A stretch of 64,000 bases of DNA. Origin: Candidatus Zixiibacteriota bacterium. Lineage in GTDB: Bacteria; Zixibacteria; MSB-5A5; UBA10806; 4484-95. The stretch spans positions 224,001 through 288,000 of the forward strand of contig JBBIRK010000001.1 in the NCBI GenBank assembly GCA_037441845.1, in the 5' to 3' direction. Shown in pieces: positions 28,315 to 38,606 of the stretch; positions within the stretch are counted from its first letter, which is position 1, and each line of letters opens with the position of its first letter. A program made the position numbers and the translations under genes. The notes under the pieces are model-generated. The model made no database searches, was not told the DNA's origin, and was given only the letters and a program-made list of their open reading frames with translations.

Positions 28315-30183
28315 TCAATATTTCTTCTTGACGTGCTCGAGCCCCTCCTTGGGATAAACATCCAGCTCGAGCATCCACTCTTTGAGCTTGGCCACTCGGG
28401 TATTGGTGTCGGTGGGCAGATTGAAAGGTCTGCCACGCCCATCGAGAATAATCCCTACCACACCTCCGGAAATAGTCCCTTCTATTTTATCGTTTTTCCC
28501 TTTGCCCAGATCGAGTCCGCGCCCGGGGATAAATTCCGCCTTGGCTTTCAACGGCACGCCTTTTTCGTCGATCCCCAGCTTGATCAACTTTATCTGGCCG
28601 AATATGATTTTGCCCTCCTCGATCCGGCCGCCGGGAAGCTCGATCTTGTAAGACATCATTTCCCTTCCTTCTTTCGCCTCGCCGGCAGGAGCCACGCACG
28701 TCCCGAGATGAATAAGACAATCCTTATTGAACACCTCGCGGGCGGCCTGGTCGTGCAAAGTCGAAAGCACACCCAGTTGAGGCATCATGAAAATCGAATC
28801 GACCGCAAGTCTGGTCACGCCCTCGGGGAGGAACGCGTCTATCAGCATCATCGCGGCCTGATTGCGTCTGGGCGCATGCGAAAGAACGCCTCCCGAGCCA
28901 ATCAGCATATCGAGCGTCATCATGTTAACCAAAGTCTGCCCCGACGCCGTCTGTTCGAAAGCATCGGCGATTGTCCGCTGCTGTTGCACCCCTTTGAGCA
29001 CCGTAGCGAACGATTTATGCTGAATGAATGCCAGCCGCAGCGCTTCCTTGGCGATCGCCTGCTCGAAAATCAATTCTTCCATAAGTTGCGGAATCGTGGT
29101 CGGGCGAATCATCTTGTTCTTGACTCGATTGCGCAAATCGCGTTCGTCCATGTCGAACGGCACCCAGCGCATTACGTTGGGTAGAGTCGCCTCCGCGAAT
29201 ACGTTCGAGACCGAATAACTCATGCCGAGATTGGCCGACACCGTGCGGTTGAATATCCCCTCGCCGCCATCGGGCCGGAAAACGCTGAATATATCGGTCG
29301 TCGCTCCGCCGATATCGACGCCGACGACTTCTATATTTTCGAGATCGGAAATTTTCTTCATTATCAGGCCGACCGCTCCGGGAGTGGGCATTATGGGCGC
29401 ATCCGTCCAGCTCATCAATTTCGAATAACCGGGCGCCTGAGCCATGACATGTTCCATGAACAGGTCGTGAATTTTCTCGCGCGCCGGAAGAAGATTTTCT
29501 TTTTCGAGCACCGGGCGAAGATTATCCACGATATCGAGCGCGGTTTTTTTGCCCAACGTTTCCTTAACCGCTTCCCGGGCATCGACATTGCCCGCATAAA
29601 TTACCGGCAGATTGTAGCCGTGGCCGAGCCGTGGCTTCGGATCAGCCGCCGCTATGAGCTCGGCCAGTTCCACCACGTGCGTCGTCGTGCCGCCATCGAT
29701 ACCGCCGGAAAGCAAAATCATATCCGGGCGAAGGTGGCGGATACGTTCGATTTGCTCGTGCGGAAGGCGTTTATCGTTCGAGGCGATAACGTCCATCACG
29801 ATGGCTCCCGCGCCGAGCGCGGCCCGCTCCGCCGATTCCGCCGTCATGGAACGCACCACGCCGGCCACCATCATTTGCAAGCCGCCGCCCGCGGACGATG
29901 TCGATATGTATATGTCGGTTCCCACATTCCCCTTGGCCGGGCTTATGATTTTGTTGTTTTCGTCGAGGATTTTCCTCCCGGAAAGCTCTTCCACCTCTCC
30001 TATGGCATTCAGAACCCCCATCGTAACGTCCTCGAAAGGAGCCTCGACGGTGGTGGGCGCTTCGCCCCGCACAATCAATCGATATTCGCCGTCGCGATAC
30101 TCGATCAAGATCGCCTTAGTGGTGGTGGAACCGCAATCGGTGGCCAGAATTACTTTTATTTCTTCAGGTTTTAAGCCGCGCAT
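28315..30183 (-). CDS. GlmL/MutL-like (glutamate mutase L family) ASKHA-fold ATPase with C-terminal extension
   Basis: Phosphate-1 ATDCGSTTTKA, SSAGGGL, AALGAGA, LLSGGIDGG, MPTPGAV, phosphate-2 VDIGGATTD and adenosine IGSGGVLSH. Confidence 0.85.
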   Translation of the reverse strand: MRGLKPEEIKVILATDCGSTTTKAILIEYRDGEYRLIVRGEAPTTVEAPFEDVTMGVLNAIGEVEELSGRKILDENNKIISPAKGNVGTDIYISTSSAGGGLQMMVAGVVRSMTAESAERAALGAGAIVMDVIASNDKRLPHEQIERIRHLRPDMILLSGGIDGGTTTHVVELAELIAAADPKPRLGHGYNLPVIYAGNVDAREAVKETLGKKTALDIVDNLRPVLEKENLLPAREKIHDLFMEHVMAQAPGYSKLMSWTDAPIMPTPGAVGLIMKKISDLENIEVVGVDIGGATTDIFSVFRPDGGEGIFNRTVSANLGMSYSVSNVFAEATLPNVMRWVPFDMDERDLRNRVKNKMIRPTTIPQLMEELIFEQAIAKEALRLAFIQHKSFATVLKGVQQQRTIADAFEQTASGQTLVNMMTLDMLIGSGGVLSHAPRRNQAAMMLIDAFLPEGVTRLAVDSIFMMPQLGVLSTLHDQAAREVFNKDCLIHLGTCVAPAGEAKEGREMMSYKIELPGGRIEEGKIIFGQIKLIKLGIDEKGVPLKAKAEFIPGRGLDLGKGKNDKIEGTISGGVVGIILDGRGRPFNLPTDTNTRVAKLKEWMLELDVYPKEGLEHVKKKY

Positions 30184-30251
30184 TTTTCGCCTCTATTTTA
30201 ATATCCGAACCCAAACACAACCGCCAAATATCATGAATCCGACACCAAAAG

Positions 30252-31697
30252 TCAATCGGATTTGCCTGAGGATCGGCTGTGGGACATTGCGCTGATCAAC
30301 GGATTGGCCGCCAGCGAGACCAGCATGCCGATAGTTCCGGCTTGCGGCGATGGCTGTCCGGCGAGATAGAGTATAATGCAGGTCGCCAAACCGCCGAGCG
30401 ATGATGAGATCGCCCCGAATTTATTGACTTTCCGGCTCATCACCCCCCAGAAAAACGGCCCCAGAAACGTGGATCCTATGGCGCCCCACGAGATCCCGAG
30501 AATCGCCACGATCGAGGAGGGACGATAATAAGCCAGGAGCACTGATAGGCATACGAAAAAGACTGCCGATATCCGCATCAGCACCGTCAACCCGCGATCG
30601 GATACTTTCCGATTGATAAAGCCCGAATAAACATCTTTTGCCAGCGACGAACTCGATATCAGCACCAATGCCGCCAAAGTTGACATTGAAGCCGACAGTA
30701 TCAGAAGCAGCATCAATATGGCAAGCGATGGTGACATGACGTTCGCCAAAAAAACCGGCATCAAGGCATCGAAAATCGGTCGGCCGTCCTTGAACGCCGC
30801 CGGAGCGTCGGCAGCCGACAAAAAACTTCGGGTTGCGGCACCCACGAAATAAGCCGTGCCGGTTATCAGAATGGAAAAAGCGGTGGAGGCGATCATGCCT
30901 GTCTTGATCGCTTTTCTATCGCGAATCGCATAAAATTTCTGGACAAGCTGCGGCATCGCGAAAGGCGCAACGCTGGTCAAAAACACCAGTGAAAACAGAG
31001 GCCACAAACCGGGTGGACCGACGACTTCCGTCAATTTGCCATCGATCGCCGCCAATCCGGTTACCAGCGGCGCCAAACCGCCCGCTTTGTCGATCACATT
31101 CGCCAATAGGGCGGTAGCGCCCACAACCATTATCATGCCGAATAGAACATCGATTATGGTCATCGATCGATAACCGCCCAGCACAAGATAAAATCCGGTG
31201 AACCCGCCCATGAACAGCAGAGCCAACCCATACTGAATGTTGAAATTCGCTTGAAATAGATAGGAAAGCCCGATAAACACAGCCGCCGAGTACGGGATAA
31301 AAAAGATGAATATCATGATCGAACCGTATAATTTGAAAAGTCCGCTGCCGTATCTTTTCTCCAAAAATTCCGGCAGGGTGCTCACACCGTAATCGATCGA
31401 CATTTTCTTTATTCGATATCCCATCAGCCACCATACCGCCAGAACGCCGATTAAAGAATTTCCGGCTGCTATCCAAAGACCGGACAGACCGAACTCCCAC
31501 CCGATCTTGCCGGCGAATCCAATAAACAGCACCGCCGAAAAATAGGCGGCTCCGTAAGTAAAAGCGGTCATCACCGGTCCGATTTTACCTCCGCCCAGAA
31601 AATAATCCGAAAAAGATTTCGCTTTCCGCAACCCGATAAGGCCGACAACGATATTCATCAAAGCAAATGCCGCCAGGACCAAAATCTTAACCGTCAT
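30252..31697 (-). CDS. Sodium:solute symporter (SSS; PutP/PanF-like)
   Basis: DYFLGG, FSAVLFIGFAG, TLPEFLEKRYGS and LSASMST; about 13 TM helices. Confidence 0.92.
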   Translation of the reverse strand: MTVKILVLAAFALMNIVVGLIGLRKAKSFSDYFLGGGKIGPVMTAFTYGAAYFSAVLFIGFAGKIGWEFGLSGLWIAAGNSLIGVLAVWWLMGYRIKKMSIDYGVSTLPEFLEKRYGSGLFKLYGSIMIFIFFIPYSAAVFIGLSYLFQANFNIQYGLALLFMGGFTGFYLVLGGYRSMTIIDVLFGMIMVVGATALLANVIDKAGGLAPLVTGLAAIDGKLTEVVGPPGLWPLFSLVFLTSVAPFAMPQLVQKFYAIRDRKAIKTGMIASTAFSILITGTAYFVGAATRSFLSAADAPAAFKDGRPIFDALMPVFLANVMSPSLAILMLLLILSASMSTLAALVLISSSSLAKDVYSGFINRKVSDRGLTVLMRISAVFFVCLSVLLAYYRPSSIVAILGISWGAIGSTFLGPFFWGVMSRKVNKFGAISSSLGGLATCIILYLAGQPSPQAGTIGMLVSLAANPLISAMSHSRSSGKSD

Positions 31698-31733
31698 TCA
31701 TCCCCTCCGCCTATCCTTCTGCGTTCACTCGAC

Positions 31734-33005
31734 TCAATAGTCAACGGACAGCTCCATTCTTGCCCAAAGATAATTATCAGCGCCGGTGAAATAGTAATTT
31801 CCGGGGCTGAAATATTCGCATAGAAAATGCCCCTTGATTCGGTCATCTATTTTATAGAACAATTGCCCTATCGCTAAATCACCGCGAACGTTTCCTCCGC
31901 CTCGGATCGAATCCAGATACATGGGTTTCGCCGGCGCCATTAGTCGCTGATATTGCAACTGCAGCTCCAGCTTTCCGCCAAACTCGAAAGTCGATGATAT
32001 GCGTGGAAAAAAGAGATTCGTCCAATAAGCAACTCCACCCTCAAGAATCAGCGTGTAGATATACGACTCACTCCATTTCGGCCAGCGGGCGAACATCGGA
32101 TCCCATCCTTCTTGCGGGACGTATTCGTTGCCGCTTAAATAGACTATCCCCGCGGCAAGACGCCTCGGTATCCCGCTTTTCGACACCCGCTTGTGCTCGA
32201 GTTCGGCGATGCAGCCGAGTTCATTATCGAACAATTGATATGCAAATTCGCCGGTAAAAACGATCGGTCCGCGAGGGTAGGCAATTGTCCGCAAACCTAC
32301 TGTATGTGTACTTCGCCTGGCTTCCGGTCGGGTGATGTGCTTGGAAATCTGATATATGTCGAACGCATAATCGTCGTGAATTTTGCTGAAATAGATACCC
32401 CATCCTTGCTCTTTGGCCTCGACCAACTTCTTGTCTTGAGAATTGAACTGCGGTAGGGATCGATCTTCCGCAGGCTGAATACAATAAAAAAGATTGAGTT
32501 GATCCTCGGCATCTACTTTCCATAACGTCCTTATCGCATTGAAATAAGCCGATCGCGAGCCATCGAGAGGACCGCCGTCGGTTACCAAAAATCCCTCGCC
32601 GAATAACATATCCTGCCGTCCCAATATCAAATCGATTCCGCTTTTCCCGATATCCGTCCAGACCAGATTCAGCTGATCGAAAAATATCTCATCGAGTGTG
32701 AATTTCTTGTTTTCCGGAACGAAATTGTATTTGAATTCATTGCCAAGTCGGAGATTGAATGCGATCGGCCGCGCCGGCTTCCAACCAAGCGAAAGCCGTG
32801 ACCGCACTCGTAGATAGCTGCTGCCCGCGCCTGCAGACGAGGAAAGACTGGTGGCGTTGTCCCAGGTCTCGATTCGGAATCTCTGCGAAGCCTTAAGCTC
32901 GAGAGAACTTTTCTCGAAATTAGCCGATTGACCCGAAAGTTCAATATTCGCAAACAAGACAAGAACCGCTGCAATTATTGCTTTGGTGAGCCGATCAAGC
33001 TTCAC
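31734..33005 (-). CDS. Alginate-export-like outer-membrane beta-barrel protein
   Basis: Likely GTG start at 33005 after AAGGAG, signal peptide, RFRIETW, LRVRSRL, LILGRQDMLFGEG, and an aromatic C-terminal strand (ELSVDY). Confidence 0.7.
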   Translation of the reverse strand: MKLDRLTKAIIAAVLVLFANIELSGQSANFEKSSLELKASQRFRIETWDNATSLSSSAGAGSSYLRVRSRLSLGWKPARPIAFNLRLGNEFKYNFVPENKKFTLDEIFFDQLNLVWTDIGKSGIDLILGRQDMLFGEGFLVTDGGPLDGSRSAYFNAIRTLWKVDAEDQLNLFYCIQPAEDRSLPQFNSQDKKLVEAKEQGWGIYFSKIHDDYAFDIYQISKHITRPEARRSTHTVGLRTIAYPRGPIVFTGEFAYQLFDNELGCIAELEHKRVSKSGIPRRLAAGIVYLSGNEYVPQEGWDPMFARWPKWSESYIYTLILEGGVAYWTNLFFPRISSTFEFGGKLELQLQYQRLMAPAKPMYLDSIRGGGNVRGDLAIGQLFYKIDDRIKGHFLCEYFSPGNYYFTGADNYLWARMELSVDY

Positions 33006-33180
33006 ACACAACTCCTTTCGACAATATAACGAAGCCAATGATACCACACTTCAGGGAAATATTCAATGGCTTGCATGGAAAAGGCTTTGCGGCGAATGCA
33101 AAGGCTATCCCGTTTGGGCGGATAAATATGCGGCAAATAGAACAGGTTTCCGCTTTTACGATAAGCCACAAGTTGACAGT

Positions 33181-34677
33181 TCAACGAACAGCGCGGCCGC
33201 CATCGATTGAAAACCACAACCGCAACGGCGGAAAGAAATGGCAGTAGCTCAACGACGAATTCCCCTTGAAATACTGCACCAGACGGGTGATATCGGAACC
33301 GCGGAATTGGCAGTCGCCGTTACAGTCGCCGGCTACGTAAAGATAACTCGATGTCGAATCCATATAACAACTATCGGCGGGCGGGATACCGAGCCCTTTG
33401 AAATAACGCACGCCGAAAGTGACATCGCCTCCGATACACACACCGTCGCCGTTGATATCGCCAAGAACGTATTCGCAATCCCCAACCGGTATGAGTAGCG
33501 AATCCAGCGGCGTAACTGCAGTGTCAAGTCCATCGCAAAACTCGAAATAGTAATAGTGCCGACCGCCGCCGGGCCAAGGAAAGCTTACTTCGAACTCCGA
33601 GGAATCCGAATAGATATGATCATAGCTGCCCAAAACGAACGATTCGGAATCAAAGCGAAGCCGACGCATCGAGGGAAGATTGTTATCCTGGTCGATATAC
33701 TTTACTCTGGCGATCAAACTCACGGTCGAATCGATATCCATACTGTGCGATCGCAGTTGTGGGGCGGAGTTTGCATTAAAATCGAGAAATTGCGTCTTAG
33801 GCTCGTAGATCGGCGGGTAAGTTAGATCGTTTATGGTCTGCCCCGAAAGACCGGCTGTTAAGGTTGCACCCATCGGCACTATGTATCCATCGGGCGGCGG
33901 CCAGCCGGGCCAATTCGGATCGGCGGAAAATTGCGAGAGGTAACAGGCCATATGCAGCTTTCCACCGCTGATACTATAACTAATATCGCCTATCCGATTG
34001 TATGACGAATCAGCCAAGTCCAAAACGTAGAGACCCGACGACAACAATAATGGCACATTGGCATAAACCAGAGCATAATAAGACGACTCAGGGCCGGCCG
34101 TGATCAAGAAGCCGAAAGAATAAACGAAGTAATTGAAAAGTTGGTTCAACGGCCAAGTGCCGGAGACATTGCGCAGATAGCAATAGATTCTCGTATCGGA
34201 ATAGCTCATGCCGTTTTCCGTCAAATCCAGCCAGTTGCCTGCGGAACCGCCTGCCGTATCGCCTTGGGGATCAGCGATAAAATCGGCATACGAATAAGAA
34301 GCAGGGGGAAATTGATCGCCGGTGTTTTTCGGCGACTGGGTGATCATGAGAGTATCCCGCCGGGTGCTGAAATAGTATTCGAGCACCACCGGATTTCCCG
34401 CGAAATAGACATCGGCACTGTAGGTGAACGGGTAATACGGGAATTCAGCCGCCTGCGTCATGATAACTTGACTGAAACCGCTTTCGCCTTGCCCTCGGTG
34501 GTGCAAAACCACAATCGTCGCCTGAGAGTCCGGGGTATCGCAATTAAAAACAACCGTATGGTTGGGACTTCCGGCCGAAGCACAACCGTAGAACAGCGAT
34601 TGTGCCGTCAGGCTCCGATCGCCGATCAATATGAGCAAAAACGCCGACGATAAAATCAAAAATCTTGTCATATCCAC
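33181..34677 (-). CDS. Secreted protein of unknown function with C-terminal dockerin-like domain
   Basis: Signal peptide; C-terminus CEYVLGDINGDG...GGDVTFGVRYFKG...GDCNGDCQFRGSDITRLVQYFKG...CHFFPP. Confidence 0.75.
   Translation of the reverse strand: MDMTRFLILSSAFLLILIGDRSLTAQSLFYGCASAGSPNHTVVFNCDTPDSQATIVVLHHRGQGESGFSQVIMTQAAEFPYYPFTYSADVYFAGNPVVLEYYFSTRRDTLMITQSPKNTGDQFPPASYSYADFIADPQGDTAGGSAGNWLDLTENGMSYSDTRIYCYLRNVSGTWPLNQLFNYFVYSFGFLITAGPESSYYALVYANVPLLLSSGLYVLDLADSSYNRIGDISYSISGGKLHMACYLSQFSADPNWPGWPPPDGYIVPMGATLTAGLSGQTINDLTYPPIYEPKTQFLDFNANSAPQLRSHSMDIDSTVSLIARVKYIDQDNNLPSMRRLRFDSESFVLGSYDHIYSDSSEFEVSFPWPGGGRHYYYFEFCDGLDTAVTPLDSLLIPVGDCEYVLGDINGDGVCIGGDVTFGVRYFKGLGIPPADSCYMDSTSSYLYVAGDCNGDCQFRGSDITRLVQYFKGNSSLSYCHFFPPLRLWFSIDGGRAVR
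33226..33477 (-). repeat. Dockerin-like tail coding repeat, copy 1 (others at about 34771-35025 and 45933-46186)
   Basis: Visibly similar at nucleotide level; the first two copies share runs such as ccccttgaaata and gatatcggaaccgcggaa. Confidence 0.85.
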
Positions 34678-34749
34678 TCCGCTTTTTAAAACCGGGCTGC
34701 CCGGACCGTTTCCGAAAACGACCTGACTAATTGCTACATCATTGAAATA

Positions 34750-37041
34750 TCAATCGGCGATTCTCCTTGCAGGCGGCGGGAAGAAATGGCAATAGCTCAG
34801 CGATGCGTTCCCCTTGAAATATTGCACCAGGCGGGTGATATCGGAACCGCGGAACTGACAATCGCCGTTGCAATCGCCGGCAACGTAAAGGTAACTCGAT
34901 GCCGAATCCATATAGCAGCTGTCGGGAGGCTGCGGGCCGAGACCCTTGAAATAACGCACCCCGAAAGTGACATCGCCGCCGATCCGGTTGCCGTCTCCGT
35001 TAATATCACCAGGCAAATAATCGCAGGGAGGCGCCGTGATGCTGGCGAAGGTCGTGCATTCCGGCACCCAGCCATCGGCTTCCCAATTAAAAGCGCAGTC
35101 CCGCGCTCTTGCCTTGAAATAATATCTTCCCCCGTCTCTGGCGCCGGTATAAGTGTAAGCCAGCGTATCCACCCCGATCTGCCACGGCCACCAGCCGCTG
35201 CCCGAATCGCACCAGACGTCATAGGCGCAGATTCCGCTCGACGGCGCCGAATCCTGCCCGGCGGTCCAGGTAACCAAGAACGATGTCGTATAGGTCGTAT
35301 CGGGCGATGAGGCCTGGGTTCCATACGGTATCCGCCGATCCAAAATCATACTGCGAACAGCCGTCCAGCCCGACCAGCCGGCGGGGTTTCCCGCCCTGAC
35401 CCGCCAATAATAATACCCATCGGGCCGGGAGCTCAACGAATAGCCGAAATAATTATAAACCAGAGTGCTGTCGTTGTAAATCGGCGTTGACATCGGGGGA
35501 TTGTCGGCGAGCTGGACATGATATTTGGTGGCGCATAAGGGGACGACCCAATTACCGCCGACATACGAGGAATTGGTTGGGAAACCATCCGGCGGATAAA
35601 GACCGGTCGGAGTATTAGGCGGCGCGGTCGCTCCCACGTCCATATCCGCAAGCATTATATATTGCGACGAGCTTATGAACGGCATCGACACATACGTGTT
35701 ATTTCCGTAATAGTCCCGCGACGAAGGGAGCGTATTATATCCGAATGAGCTGTTCGTGTATGTTGCGAACGGATCATACTGGTCCATGCCGTTAATTAAG
35801 TGTTCGAGATGATATTGATTATCCTCCTGCTCGAGAGCCACCATGTAATGGTAGGCGGGATTTTGAGTCGGCCACCATTGGCAATTGTTCACGGAGTCGC
35901 GCATGTTTTCATCCACGTGATATATAAGCAGGCCATGGGCCGCCAGCGCGGTGTCGGTGAATATCGGCTGCCTGTTCTCGGCCAGAAAATACTGCAGGCT
36001 CGTGGTATCGCCATAGGTCCACAATCTATAGACACAGGCACTGTCCTCCACCGCCGGAATATGAACATTTTGCACGAAACAGGGGATATTCGTCCTTTGA
36101 ACGAAACCGAGTTTTACCCTGCTCCAGGCATCGAGAAAAGCCGGACTGGAACCAGACATGGTATCCGGCCAACCGAGATCACCGTTCCATCCTCCGTAGG
36201 CCATCAGCGACCAATAGCCAAGCCCGTAAGACAGGCCGCCGTAACCACCCTTATCGTAAAGATCGGGAAGGCCGAGGATATGCCCGAATTCATGGGCGAA
36301 AACCCCGACCGTGTGATCATAAGGCGCGTAGCGATACTCGGGATCGACACAATAATATTTGATCACTACGCCGTCGCGGGTCTGGGGCGTGATCTCCCAT
36401 TTGTGCGACCAGACATCCAAAGTATCCAGCGATAATTCGGCTCCCCGGCCGGAATGTATGATTATCACCCCATCCACCGTGTCGTCGGCATCGTTATCAT
36501 AATTGGCCAAATTCACGTATGGGTCGATCAAAACGAGGATATCTTCGCATAATTTCTGGGAATTGTTTGGATAGCTTCCCATGCCGTAACTGTTGGTTCC
36601 CCCTTGGGCGGTATAATAACGCCGATTCTGCGGCAGAACTTTCCAGCCCAACGTTGACGGCAGGTTAACCGTGACGATATCCAGGGTTCCATAGGAGGCG
36701 CGATTATAGAATTGACGCAGCGATGGTCCTCTGTGGTAGGTTTGATCGAAAATCAAACTATCGAATGATGCCGCCGATGTCAAGGGAGTCTGATCCGAAA
36801 ATCTCGCCAGCACCACCAGAGTGTTGAAATTGGCGAGAGCCGTCGTGCGCGTTGTCAGAGGACGATCGAGCCCCCGATTAATGCCGACCTTTGCCGCATA
36901 TTCCGGATTCTGCATAAACAGAGGCGCCGGGACTTCCCCATTCGCGATCTTCAACAGGTTTTGTGGGTGCGGCGGCATTCCGTTCAAAGCCACAAAACTC
37001 GATAAAACCACCGAAAATACCAATAACACAACGCGCAACAT
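34750..37041 (-). CDS. M6 family (immune inhibitor A-like) secreted metalloprotease with FN3-like and dockerin-like domains
   Basis: Signal peptide, IIHSG, WSHKW, FAHEFGHILGLPDLY, WSLMAYGGW, QYFLAENRQ and GLLIYHVDE; dockerin-like tail. Confidence 0.92.
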   Translation of the reverse strand: MLRVVLLVFSVVLSSFVALNGMPPHPQNLLKIANGEVPAPLFMQNPEYAAKVGINRGLDRPLTTRTTALANFNTLVVLARFSDQTPLTSAASFDSLIFDQTYHRGPSLRQFYNRASYGTLDIVTVNLPSTLGWKVLPQNRRYYTAQGGTNSYGMGSYPNNSQKLCEDILVLIDPYVNLANYDNDADDTVDGVIIIHSGRGAELSLDTLDVWSHKWEITPQTRDGVVIKYYCVDPEYRYAPYDHTVGVFAHEFGHILGLPDLYDKGGYGGLSYGLGYWSLMAYGGWNGDLGWPDTMSGSSPAFLDAWSRVKLGFVQRTNIPCFVQNVHIPAVEDSACVYRLWTYGDTTSLQYFLAENRQPIFTDTALAAHGLLIYHVDENMRDSVNNCQWWPTQNPAYHYMVALEQEDNQYHLEHLINGMDQYDPFATYTNSSFGYNTLPSSRDYYGNNTYVSMPFISSSQYIMLADMDVGATAPPNTPTGLYPPDGFPTNSSYVGGNWVVPLCATKYHVQLADNPPMSTPIYNDSTLVYNYFGYSLSSRPDGYYYWRVRAGNPAGWSGWTAVRSMILDRRIPYGTQASSPDTTYTTSFLVTWTAGQDSAPSSGICAYDVWCDSGSGWWPWQIGVDTLAYTYTGARDGGRYYFKARARDCAFNWEADGWVPECTTFASITAPPCDYLPGDINGDGNRIGGDVTFGVRYFKGLGPQPPDSCYMDSASSYLYVAGDCNGDCQFRGSDITRLVQYFKGNASLSYCHFFPPPARRIAD
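34771..35025 (-). repeat. Dockerin-like tail coding repeat, copy 2
   Basis: CDYLPGDINGDGNRIGGDVTFGVRYFKG...CHFFPP. Confidence 0.85.
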
Positions 37042-37355
37042 AAGAACCTCCGATCAAGGTTCGATTTATTTATTCTTGAATTGCTTGTTCAATTACCTTA
37101 ATCTGAAATCTGAAATCCGCCTTAGAGTGCATTATCCAGAAATGATACTTTGATATCGTTAAACAAGGAGCAGTTGCTCTTTACTTGTAAATATGGTATC
37201 AATTATCTATAAAGCAAGAAAAAAATCGAGCTTTCTGTATTATAGCGGCGGCCGAAATCGATCCCGCCGGTCGTATGGATCTATTTAAGATGACACCCGA
37301 TATCAATGGCGGCAAGTTCGGGCGAAAGAGTAATCCGGCCTGCGAAAATTAATTT

Positions 37356-38444
37356 TCAAACGTTGAACTTGAATTGAATCACGTCGCCGTCGCGAACGAT
37401 ATAATCTTTTCCCTCCATTCTCACCTTACCCTGGTGGCGTGATTGCGCCCAACCGCCGATCGCCGCAAGTTCTTTGAATGCGATGGTTTCTGCCTTGATG
37501 AAGCCCCGCTGTATATCGCTGTGGATTACTCCTGCCGCGGTATATGCGGTCGTTCCCCGGGGAACCGCCCAGGCCCGCGCCTCTTTTTCGTTGGCCGTCA
37601 AAAAACAAATAAGGTCGAGAAGCTCGAAAGATCGTGAAATCACCTCGGCAAGCGCGGTTTCTTTGATCCCGATCTCCTTCATGAATTCCCGCCGATCGGA
37701 TTCGCCAAGTTCCGCCAGCTCCATTTCAAGCTTGCCGCAAACGGCCGCCGCCAGACAACGATCAGGAATATGCGGAAAACATTCGGCGGTAATCTGGGCC
37801 GATGCTCCTATTTGATCCTCACCGATATTCAATAGATAAAGCACCGGTTTGAGACTGAGGAAGCCGAATCCCGCCAATTGCGTTTGCTCCTCTTTCGCAA
37901 GGTCCAATCCCCGCAACGGACGGCCCGTTTCCAGATGATTTTTCATCTTCTCCATGGTCTGATGCTCTTTTTGATATTCCGGCGAAGGTTTAACCTTGAG
38001 CAGGTGTCGCAATTTCTCCAAGCGGTTTTCAACTAGAATAAGGTCGCTTATTATCAATTCCGTTTCGACTTCGGCCGCGTCGCGGGATGGGTTGATATCG
38101 CCTAAGGGATGCGCGACGTTGTCGTTTTTGAAACAACGCAGCACAACTATTACGGCCGCTGTCTGTCGTAGTGCGGTCAAGCGATCCGCCTCGCCGGACT
38201 TTTCCCTTGCTTTCTCTTTTTCCAGTCCAGCAACGTCGATAAATTCGATTTCCACATTGACTAATCGCGCCGCGCCCATAATTTCCGCCAGCTTAGTGAG
38301 CCGTTCGTCGGGGACTTTCACGACCGCCACGTTCGGCCGTTTGGATTTTGCGGAGTCGCCGATTTGGGCATGAGCCGCCGCAAGGGCGTTGAAAATGGTG
38401 CTCTTGCCTGATTGCCTTAACCCGGTGATGCCTATCTGAATCAT
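37356..38444 (-). CDS. ychF: Redox-regulated ATPase YchF
   Basis: ATG 38444 MIQIGITGLRQSGKSTIFNAL, VKVPDERL, FIDVAGL, AGVIHSDIQRGFIKAE and EGKDYIVRDGDVIQFKFNV. Confidence 0.95.
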   Translation of the reverse strand: MIQIGITGLRQSGKSTIFNALAAAHAQIGDSAKSKRPNVAVVKVPDERLTKLAEIMGAARLVNVEIEFIDVAGLEKEKAREKSGEADRLTALRQTAAVIVVLRCFKNDNVAHPLGDINPSRDAAEVETELIISDLILVENRLEKLRHLLKVKPSPEYQKEHQTMEKMKNHLETGRPLRGLDLAKEEQTQLAGFGFLSLKPVLYLLNIGEDQIGASAQITAECFPHIPDRCLAAAVCGKLEMELAELGESDRREFMKEIGIKETALAEVISRSFELLDLICFLTANEKEARAWAVPRGTTAYTAAGVIHSDIQRGFIKAETIAFKELAAIGGWAQSRHQGKVRMEGKDYIVRDGDVIQFKFNV

Positions 38445-38606
38445 TAGAACGGCCTCGGTGTAATCGAGTTTGCCTTGATTAAGATAATAAACGATTTCGG
38501 TATGCGCCGCAATGATGATCGTAAAATCACAAGATGAAACAGCCGATGGGAGCCTCAAATCACCGTAAAGAAATTCGGGCTTTTCAATGTTGCGGTTATT
38601 TATCGA

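Noticed and set aside
28315..30183. Calling this a glutamate mutase locus or DNA-repair MutL
   Set aside because: No mutase subunits are in the window, and the motifs are ASKHA rather than GHKL.
28267..30295. Plus-strand ORFs of 305, 241 and 213 aa
   Set aside because: Antisense to the GlmL-like gene; explained by codon bias.
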